Source of the DNA: Candidatus Bathyarchaeota archaeon
GTDB lineage: Archaea; Thermoproteota; Bathyarchaeia; TCS64
NCBI GenBank assembly: GCA_020354065.1
Contig: CP070640.1
Location: forward strand, 482,013-523,822
DNA length: 41,810 bases
Reading direction: 5' to 3'
Shown here: piece after piece, positions 35,855 through 41,810 of the stretch
Layout: every line of letters starts with the position of its first letter
Position numbering within the stretch: position 1 is the first letter of the stretch
Position numbers and translations under genes: made by a program
The notes under the pieces: model-generated
Seen by the model: only the letters and a program-made list of their open reading frames with translations
Databases searched by the model: none
Told to the model about the DNA's origin: nothing

Positions 35855-36142
35855 ACTCGATGCTTCCATAGGTAGCATTCCCATATCCCCAACCCCCAGC
35901 CCTCTCTTTTTTTAGCTTATACCCAATGGCGTTTCAATTATTGTTTTTTTCATACTAAATACCGGGGTTGCTCTTCCATGTACAAAAATTCCATTAACGG
36001 CATCACTTTCATGCGGATGATTGTGAATATCTTAGACTGCCTCACAATCTGGTTGAGGATGAGCGGTCCATTCTTGTCCTCCAATGGTTCATTGCGTTTG
36101 ATGATAAACCTTAACTACCGATTTGTTCCTGTGTTCCGTGTT

Positions 36143-36237
36143 GCGGCCGTGGCTCAGCCTGGATAGAGCGTGGGTCTTCGGATAGGCTTCTAGGAGAAAA
36201 CCCATGGTCGCGGGTTCGAATCCTGCCGGCCGCGCCA
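36143..36237 (+). tRNA. tRNA-Arg (anticodon UCG) with a 17-nt canonical BHB intron at 37/38 and an encoded CCA
   Basis: Acceptor GCGGCCG/CGGCCGC, D arm GCTC-AGCCTGGATA-GAGC, anticodon stem TGGGT/ACCCA, loop CT-TCG-G[intron 36182-36198]A, T arm GCGGG-TTCGAAT-CCTGC, discriminator G, CCA at 36235-36237. The intron forms helix CUUC/GGAG flanked by 3-nt bulges GGA and AAA plus inner helix UAG/CUA. Confidence 0.9.
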
Positions 36238-36277
36238 ACCTCAAATGTTTTTGCTATTACGCAAAACACACAGGAGT

Positions 36278-36853
36278 TTATGCTCTCTTGAATTGTATGT
36301 AGAAAATTATTGCATTGGTAATGGCGCCTCCGAATACGAAAGGCAAAATAAACTCCGCCACGGGGAGATCATAGAATAGGTTTACAGCGAGGAGCATTGT
36401 ACCAACGATTGCCGCAAATTGCATTGAATATAAGATGACAGCTACTCCCAAACCCCGTTTATATGCAAGCTTCAACCATCCGCTATATCTATTTGAGAAG
36501 AAATCTGCTGCTCTTAAAGGACTCGTGATATCCACCTCTCTCATCTGATCGGATCCAAACCTGATCAGCTCCGGCAGCATCACGATGCTAATTATCATCG
36601 CAACTACCCAGAAAAGTCCTGCCAAGGAGACCTGATCCAAAACTAATAGAATGGACCAGACCACACCGAGTAAGCAGAGACCTCCGCCGATGTAGAAAAA
36701 TCTCTTCTTATCTCGATAGGCTCTGACAAAGGCGACGACCGCTATGACTGCGAAGAATATTGCACTGAAGTAGAACAACTCATATGGGATTTCCATCGGT
36801 TTATGGTAACCGTTTTGTAAATATAAACGTCTTGGCGCATTACTTGATCTCAT
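36278..36853 (-). CDS. Hypothetical multi-pass membrane protein (lower GC)
   Basis: Five to six hydrophobic helices. The likely start is MEIPYELF (codon 20). No family recognised. Confidence 0.5.
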   Translation of the reverse strand: MRSSNAPRRLYLQNGYHKPMEIPYELFYFSAIFFAVIAVVAFVRAYRDKKRFFYIGGGLCLLGVVWSILLVLDQVSLAGLFWVVAMIISIVMLPELIRFGSDQMREVDITSPLRAADFFSNRYSGWLKLAYKRGLGVAVILYSMQFAAIVGTMLLAVNLFYDLPVAEFILPFVFGGAITNAIIFYIQFKRA

Positions 36854-36995
36854 TTTTATCCTTTACATCGGGAAAGATGATATAGTAATTATACAGTTGA
36901 GAAAGTATAAGGGGCCGACACCTGCATAGTTGCGAAACCGAGAAATCTTGGAAAACTGCCAGATTCCAGTTCGTTGGTGCCCCTTCGTGGCTTCC

Positions 36996-38294
36996 TCAGG
37001 CTCCGTTGATCTCCTCTTTCTTGGGTTCCACGATGAATAGGAGGGTCATTAACAGGGGCGGTATTATCAGGATGAACTGGAGCAAGAAGGGTATCTTATG
37101 GCTGACATTGTCGTACAACCAACCTCCTGCGAACATCCCCAATGATAGGGCGAGCATTGAGAAGAATCCTCTTGAACCGTTCACCTTTCCCCTATGCTCT
37201 CTGGGCACTAGATCGGCCGTTAAGGCCATGACGGCTCCGCCAACGAGCACCTGGACAAGACCGATAAGACTCATCGACACAATAAGCTTTATGAAGTCTC
37301 CCCAGACGAGGAGGGGGATGGCTATCCCCCAGATGATGAATGCCGCCATGATAGGTTTCTTCTTCCCGAACTTGTCGATTATTTTTCCAGCCGGGATGGC
37401 CAGGATGATCATAGAGATGAAGAGGGCGGCCATGATGTAGGAGAAGGCCACGTATCCGATGCCGAGATCGTCGAGGATGTATAATGTGAATACTGGCTGG
37501 AAGATCCCGATAGTGAAGTTCATCATGATGAATATTAGGAATAGGATGAAGGCGCCCCTCGGCACAATCTTCCAGACGTTAATGCTCTCTCTGAACGAGC
37601 TCGGGTATGCCCCCAGCATCTCTGAAAGATTGATCTTGGTTGGATTCTCCACTGTTTCCTTGAGCCTTGAGCGGAGCATAGTGGCTATCAGGAAACCGAC
37701 AACGACGATGATGTAAGAGAGCCTCACACTGGGTATCAGACCCATCCTAATGTAGAGCATCCCTGCGATGAGGGGCGCCGGGGTCGTCGATACGCTTGCG
37801 ATGAGGTTGATGATACTGAAGCCCATGCCCCTCTTCTCTTTGGGGACGGAGTCGGCTATGATAGCGTTCAAAGCAGGCTGGTACATGCCGGTGAATCCAA
37901 CGAGCACAGCTCCGACCAGGATCCACTCCCAGCCAGGGGCGATCGCATAGAAAACCCTGGCGATGCCTGCGAAGAAGGTCATCGTGAAGATGAGCCACTT
38001 CCTCCCGTACTTGTCTGCGAGGTATCCACCCGGGATCTGAACAAATGCTCTCGCCACGAGCTCTGAGGCTCCTATCAGCCCGATTATTGATGCCGTGCCC
38101 CCCAGAGCCTCCACATACTTGGGGTAGTAGGTTGCAGGCAACTCACTGGCGAAGTCGAGGGCGAGCCAGCTCAGAACCATGATGAGGAAGTTGCCCTGGA
38201 TGAAGCCGAACTCTGAGCGGAGCCGACCCAGTAACCCTACCTTAGCCTGCACAGGAACTTGAATTTCTTTATCAGTTGTTGCTTTATCTAACAA
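36996..38294 (-). CDS. MFS transporter
   Basis: Twelve predicted hydrophobic helices and the MFS loop signature GGYLADKYGRKW between TM2 and TM3. Confidence 0.85.
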   Translation of the reverse strand: MLDKATTDKEIQVPVQAKVGLLGRLRSEFGFIQGNFLIMVLSWLALDFASELPATYYPKYVEALGGTASIIGLIGASELVARAFVQIPGGYLADKYGRKWLIFTMTFFAGIARVFYAIAPGWEWILVGAVLVGFTGMYQPALNAIIADSVPKEKRGMGFSIINLIASVSTTPAPLIAGMLYIRMGLIPSVRLSYIIVVVGFLIATMLRSRLKETVENPTKINLSEMLGAYPSSFRESINVWKIVPRGAFILFLIFIMMNFTIGIFQPVFTLYILDDLGIGYVAFSYIMAALFISMIILAIPAGKIIDKFGKKKPIMAAFIIWGIAIPLLVWGDFIKLIVSMSLIGLVQVLVGGAVMALTADLVPREHRGKVNGSRGFFSMLALSLGMFAGGWLYDNVSHKIPFLLQFILIIPPLLMTLLFIVEPKKEEINGA

Positions 38295-38350
38295 CGGAAC
38301 CCCCTCTTAATCCTACAACATAGTTATTCGCTGATTCTCGAGCTTGCCCA

Positions 38351-38863
38351 TCAATAAGTCCTCATCCTAACTTTCTGCCTCTCGATGAGTTCCTCGATCT
38401 GTTCCAGGATGACGGTTCTGCGACCTGTTCCATTCCGAGCTTTTTGTTGCGTGTACCTGTCCCAGCCATAGTTTCCTGGATATATGCCCATGAGCGACTT
38501 GTAAGTCATGACGCTATTAGATGGCACAATAGTTTGCTTCCACTGAGGTCCGACTACTGTCTCGTACTTGTCGCTGTGAATGTTATCTTTCGTGTCAGTG
38601 TACTTGTTCATCCAGTGTAGAGTAAAGATCCCGGAGAACAACAGAGGGAGGTAGAAGAAGGCTTGTAAGGTTATCCATGTCTGAGTTAGGCCTTCTCGGC
38701 GGTGGAACGTTGTTGTTGCATAGAGTACCCAGATCAGCGTGGAGGCGACTGCTATTATCAGGTAGGTTCGATAGATCCTAACCAAGTTTGGATGCTGATG
38801 GAACCAGTCTTCAACACCAGTCTTAAAATTCATATCCCTCAATCCCTTCAGTTGATACTTCAT
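38351..38863 (-). CDS. Hypothetical membrane protein (2 TM plus a soluble C-domain)
   Basis: A 170-codon ORF. Its start abuts the stop of the upstream 60-aa ORF, giving operon-like spacing. Confidence 0.45.
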   Translation of the reverse strand: MKYQLKGLRDMNFKTGVEDWFHQHPNLVRIYRTYLIIAVASTLIWVLYATTTFHRREGLTQTWITLQAFFYLPLLFSGIFTLHWMNKYTDTKDNIHSDKYETVVGPQWKQTIVPSNSVMTYKSLMGIYPGNYGWDRYTQQKARNGTGRRTVILEQIEELIERQKVRMRTY

Positions 38864-38864
38864 C

Positions 38865-39047
38865 TCACAACCGGGTGCGCGATTCCTCTTTCTCAGGGTG
38901 GTTCCTGACGGTCACGTCGGTGTGTGCCTCCACTGTCTCCGTGTACCTGATTAAGCCGCTGACTCGGATGGCTGGGATCGACGCAGGCTCGAGTTTCTCC
39001 TCGTACTCCTTCATCCGCTCTTCTGCGCTTTTACTCATCCCAGTCAC
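38865..39047 (-). CDS. Hypothetical 57-60 aa protein in the ArsR operon
   Basis: GTG at 39047 or ATG at 39038, with GAGG 6-9 nt upstream. Charged and soluble. Confidence 0.35.
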   Translation of the reverse strand: MTGMSKSAEERMKEYEEKLEPASIPAIRVSGLIRYTETVEAHTDVTVRNHPEKEESRTRL

Positions 39048-39059
39048 TCAATCCTCTGC

Positions 39060-39167
39060 CTACTCAATTCCACCAGCCGATTTGAGGACGTCCCTGATCT
39101 CTAGCAGAAGCTCCTTCATCTCCATAAGGCGCTTCTCGGACTCCCTCACGAGCTCCTCTTCGGACAT
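39060..39167 (-). CDS. 35-aa helical sORF resembling the cytosolic tail of the upstream membrane protein
   Basis: My own translation gives MSEEELVRESEKRLMEMKELLLEIRDVLKSAGGIE. It is below the track cutoff and shares the LxEIRDxL(K/R)S tail and a 24-nt DNA motif with 39197..39529. Confidence 0.35.
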   Translation of the reverse strand: MSEEELVRESEKRLMEMKELLLEIRDVLKSAGGIE

Positions 39168-39196
39168 CCGGTCATATCTCGGTGTCTTGGACAAGG

Positions 39197-39529
39197 CTAC
39201 TCCTCCACGGATCTGAGGAGGTCCCTGATCTCACCCAAGATGCTGACGATGTCGTCGAACTCCTCAAGAGTCGCCTTCTGGTTCTCTCTGAGGGCCCTCA
39301 ACCTCTGCCTCTCGTACTTCCCGGAGTCGTCGAAAACAGTGCCAAGGGGACCTTCGATTACCGCTATTATTATTATGACGCCGCCGACCAATACTGCCAT
39401 TACGGCTATGAAGGCAGCGGCGATGTAGTTAAATCCGTAAAAAAGGCTGGCGTAGAGGCTGATGCCTGGAACGCCCATCCCTATGGCGATGGCGGTGAGT
39501 CCGATTATTATGGCTGAAGCCCTTGACAT
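39197..39529 (-). CDS. Small membrane protein with a cytosolic helical tail ending in EIRDLLRSVEE
   Basis: Two to three hydrophobic helices, then KYERQRLRALRENQKATLEEFDDIVSILGEIRDLLRSVEE. The ATG directly abuts the arsR-like stop. Confidence 0.5.
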   Translation of the reverse strand: MSRASAIIIGLTAIAIGMGVPGISLYASLFYGFNYIAAAFIAVMAVLVGGVIIIIAVIEGPLGTVFDDSGKYERQRLRALRENQKATLEEFDDIVSILGEIRDLLRSVEE

Positions 39530-39838
39530 CTAACCATCCTCCTTGAGGATGTCTCTGATCCTCTCCGGGGTCAGTAGCAGCTCGAACTTCGAGGGCGCAT
39601 ATGTCCTCGCGCTCGGGCGGCCTTCGGTTTTCGTCTCGTGCTCTATCTCTTTGACTAGACCCATTTTTCTCAATCCCTTCAGGTGGAGGTGCGTCAGCGG
39701 ATAGGACAGGCCCATCTCCTTCGCCAGGGCGTAGGCGTGCTTGGGCTCGTCGACCAGCGATGCGATGATCCTCAGCCTTATCGGGTTGGCCAACGCCTTC
39801 AGAGTCGTCACCAGCTTCTGTGCCTCGTCTTTACCCAA
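39530..39838 (-). CDS. ArsR/SmtB-family winged-helix transcriptional regulator
   Basis: LKALANPIRLRIIASLVDEPKHAYALAKEMGLSYPLTHLHLKGLRKMGLV is a typical HTH_20/ArsR core. TTG start. No metal-binding CxC motif is seen. Confidence 0.85.
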   Translation of the reverse strand: MGKDEAQKLVTTLKALANPIRLRIIASLVDEPKHAYALAKEMGLSYPLTHLHLKGLRKMGLVKEIEHETKTEGRPSARTYAPSKFELLLTPERIRDILKEDG

Positions 39839-39856
39839 CAGGCATCTCCACGCTGG

Positions 39857-39878
39857 TATATAAGAAATTTCTTATATA
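39857..39878. promoter_or_regulatory. Perfect 22-bp palindrome TATATAAGAAA|TTTCTTATATA overlapping the predicted TATA box of the ArsR operon (candidate operator)
   Basis: The palindrome lies 19-40 nt upstream of the TTG start at 39838. A degenerate second copy (AAGAATTTCTTATATAT) lies at 39901-39917. Confidence 0.5.
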
Positions 39879-39955
39879 TATAAGTTTTTCCTTTTATACA
39901 AAGAATTTCTTATATATGGACTGGCCTTGAAAATGGAAATCAAGGAAGAAAGGTG

Positions 39956-40309
39956 CTATTGCTCCTCGAAGTTTTCGGCGTCTATGTACATCTTCACCGT
40001 CTGGAGGGCCTGGAGGAACTCGCCGCCTCGGGCGGTGATCCTGAACCCCCTCGTGTTGCCGTACTCCTCCTCCTTCACGAGACCCCGGCTTGATAGGAAA
40101 CCGACCACATCTTTGGCCCTGTCCACGGGAAGGTTGGCTCCATATGATATCCGGGTGATGGGGCTGACTCCCTTCCGGCGTATCGTCTCAAGAGTGTCCA
40201 TGTAGATATCGTAGCGCGTTCGCCTCTTCAATGGGAGCCCCTTGGAACATTTAGAAAGGTGGTTCCGGTAGCTTTTCAGTCTTTTCAGGCTGTGAGTAGA
40301 AGCGGACAT
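39956..40309 (-). CDS. Small archaeal winged-helix protein (HTH_45-like)
   Basis: RRTRYDIYMDTLETIRRKGVSPITRISYGANLPVDRAKDVVGFLSSRGLV...FRITARGGEFL follows the small archaeal wHTH pattern. The real start is probably the TTG at 40231 rather than the track start that overlaps the upstream gene by 59 nt. Confidence 0.6.
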   Translation of the reverse strand: MSASTHSLKRLKSYRNHLSKCSKGLPLKRRTRYDIYMDTLETIRRKGVSPITRISYGANLPVDRAKDVVGFLSSRGLVKEEEYGNTRGFRITARGGEFLQALQTVKMYIDAENFEEQ

Positions 40310-41639
40310 CTCGGTCGGCCTGCAGCGACTCTGTGTACTTCACCTCGCCGCTCACCCGGCAGTCGTGCTCCACAGTTATGCTGTTGGCGTATATGTTTCC
40401 GGCTCTGCAGCCCTTCCTTAGGGTAACCATATCAGCATAGACATCCTCCACCCGCGCCCGCTCCCTTATCAGGACCTTCCGGCCTATGAGGGTGCCTTCC
40501 ACCTCCCCCCTCCTCCCGATCTCGATGTACTCCGCCTTTGCCCCGGACCTCGTCCTCAATGTATTCGTCCTGATCTCCTCGACGGCCTCGACCCTCTCCG
40601 CCTCAACTTTCCCTCCGACCAGAACGGCCCTGGCTTTAAGTTTCCCACCAGCCGATGCCTTCCCACCGACCCTCAGCTCCTCTGATAGCTCAAGATCGTC
40701 AGACACGTTCACAGAGCCACCTACCTCGATGTTCCGACCGTTGGCGCTCCCCTCTATCTTGACAGTGCCGCCAACATCAATGGTCTCGAAGGTAAGGTCC
40801 CCCTCGCTTCTAAGTGTCCCTCCGACGTCTATATCCCCTCCCTTTCCTCCTGATATCTTGACTGTCCCGCCCACCCTGATCCTTTCAAAGACCAGGGGAT
40901 CCGAAGACCTGAAGCTGCCGCCGACTTTTACGTCTCTGGCGGTTCCTCCGGACATCTTGACGGTTCCTCCCACGTCAATCTCCCGCACCGTGGCCTCCGA
41001 CTCTATCTTGACGGAGCCGCCCACATCGATGATTTCAGCCTCGACCTGGCCTTCTCCCTGGAAGCTGCCGCCGACGTTTATGGTTCCGCTTTTCGTCGAG
41101 CCTTCAACCCTCACGGAGCCGCCCACGTCGATCTCTTCGACCTCGGCGTCGGAACTGGCTTTGAACGAACCCCCCACATCGAGGCGGGAGGCCTTCGCGT
41201 CCCCCCTGACCCTCAGTGAGCCGCCCACTCTGACGTCCTCGGTCTCGAACTCTCCGCCGACGCCCAACCGCCTGTCCACCTCTATCTTCTTTGCTCTGAG
41301 GTTCCCGCTTACATCCAGCTCGCCTCTCCTCACCCTGATGGATTTCTCCACCGTGAGGTCGCCCTCGATCTCGATGTCTCCGCCTCGTCCCCTAAGCTCG
41401 GAGGTCACGAGGCTCGCCAGGAACTGGCAGTCGTCTCTGCAATCGGTGACGCCCGCAACCTTGACTACTCCTCCGGGTTCCATGGCCCTGACCGTCCCAT
41501 CTTGAACCACCAGGTTACCCTCGACCTCACCTATCTCCCTCACGGTCTCTCTGGTGACCCTAACCTCTTCTGGCAATTCTACCACTGAGACGAGAATCTG
41601 AGCCCCCCCTTTTAAAGTTAAGATACATGGAATACTCAC
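40251..41639 (-). CDS. Bactofilin-like (polymer-forming cytoskeletal, beta-helix) repeat protein, 462 aa
   Basis: There are 14 repeats of about 17 aa built on x(V)GG(S/T)(V/F)x(V/I), for example IDVGGSVRVEGSTKSGT and INVGGSFQGEGQVEAEI. The C-terminal part (GTLIGRKVLIRERARVEDVYADMVTL) resembles canonical bactofilin turns. No TM helix or signal peptide is seen. Confidence 0.7.
   Translation of the reverse strand: MSIPCILTLKGGAQILVSVVELPEEVRVTRETVREIGEVEGNLVVQDGTVRAMEPGGVVKVAGVTDCRDDCQFLASLVTSELRGRGGDIEIEGDLTVEKSIRVRRGELDVSGNLRAKKIEVDRRLGVGGEFETEDVRVGGSLRVRGDAKASRLDVGGSFKASSDAEVEEIDVGGSVRVEGSTKSGTINVGGSFQGEGQVEAEIIDVGGSVKIESEATVREIDVGGTVKMSGGTARDVKVGGSFRSSDPLVFERIRVGGTVKISGGKGGDIDVGGTLRSEGDLTFETIDVGGTVKIEGSANGRNIEVGGSVNVSDDLELSEELRVGGKASAGGKLKARAVLVGGKVEAERVEAVEEIRTNTLRTRSGAKAEYIEIGRRGEVEGTLIGRKVLIRERARVEDVYADMVTLRKGCRAGNIYANSITVEHDCRVSGEVKYTESLQADRDVRFYSQPEKTEKLPEPPF
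40590..41270 (-). repeat. In-frame tandem periodicity of about 51 nt encoding the VGG beta-helix repeats
   Basis: Recurrent plus-strand GCCGCCCAC(A/G)TCGAT, CCTCCCACGTCAAT and GCCGCCAACATCAAT blocks occur every 48-54 nt. Confidence 0.7.
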
Positions 41640-41674
41640 AAATTGTTAGTACCCCAAGCTCTTCTAAAGAAGAC

Positions 41675-41810
41675 TCACTCCTTCTCGGAGTAGGTCTCGT
41701 GTATTAAGATGAAGAGGAGGCCTGTAAAGAACCTCAAGACAGCGTTGATGATGAGGCCGTTGTGGATGCCTCGCATGGTCCCTTCCAAGGCCAGGAAATT
41801 GTCGGTGACA
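41675..41810 (-). CDS. C-terminal fragment of a membrane protein (5' end outside the window)
   Basis: My own translation from the window edge gives VTDNFLALEGTMRGIHNGLIINAVLRFFTGLLFILIHETYSEKE, followed by a stop (TGA at 41675-41677). It lies only 35 nt upstream of the bactofilin-like gene. Confidence 0.35.
   Translation of the reverse strand, partial: VTDNFLALEGTMRGIHNGLIINAVLRFFTGLLFILIHETYSEKE

Noticed and set aside
40590-41270. Regular repeat of about 51 nt that could superficially resemble a repeat array.
   Set aside because: The periodicity is in-frame coding for a beta-helix protein, the units are imperfect, and there are no spacer-like unique segments or cas genes. It is not a CRISPR array.
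40486-41505. A 339-aa plus-strand ORF (PPTS-rich) antisense to the bactofilin-like gene.
   Set aside because: It is the mirror image of the in-frame GC-rich VGG repeats. Its composition is low-complexity Pro/Ser/Thr/Leu, and the minus-strand reading has the coherent repeat architecture. It is treated as an antisense artefact.

Overview
This is a densely coding archaeal chromosomal segment. Archaeal markers include archaeal-type SAM synthetase, Hel308 helicase, RNase P protein subunits Pop5 and Rpp30, eS17, uS2, RpoN, a tRNA-Arg with a bulge-helix-bulge intron, an IPK-type mevalonate/isoprenoid cluster (mvk-ipk-idi2-GGPP synthase) and a close Mer homolog. Most genes are housekeeping: NAD, purine, dTMP, CoA, methionine/SAM and isoprenoid metabolism, DNA repair, and translation/transcription. 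Six parts are not ordinary. (1) A translationally coupled pair of complementary, individually degenerate ThyX paralogs lies at 5.4-6.4 kb. (2) An AT-rich 1.2 kb island at 31.1-32.3 kb sits between two housekeeping clusters and holds an orphan ORF and a nested double-hairpin RNA candidate with its own TATA box. (3) An ORF-poor, lower-GC stretch surrounds the tRNA at 35.2-39.0 kb. (4) A compact ArsR-led operon at 39.06-39.84 kb has three consecutive products ending in the same (E/R)IRDxL(K/R) helix, carries a near-identical 24-nt DNA motif, and is preceded by a perfect 22-bp palindrome over the predicted TATA box. (5) A 462-aa bactofilin-like beta-helix protein with 14 VGG repeats is paired with a small wHTH. 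(6) Several enzyme homologs have lost catalytic motifs: an M48/HtpX-like protein without HExxH, and an AsnB-like protein without the Cys nucleophile. I saw no CRISPR array, rRNA, transposase or integrase. All family calls come from motif recognition by eye, not database searches.
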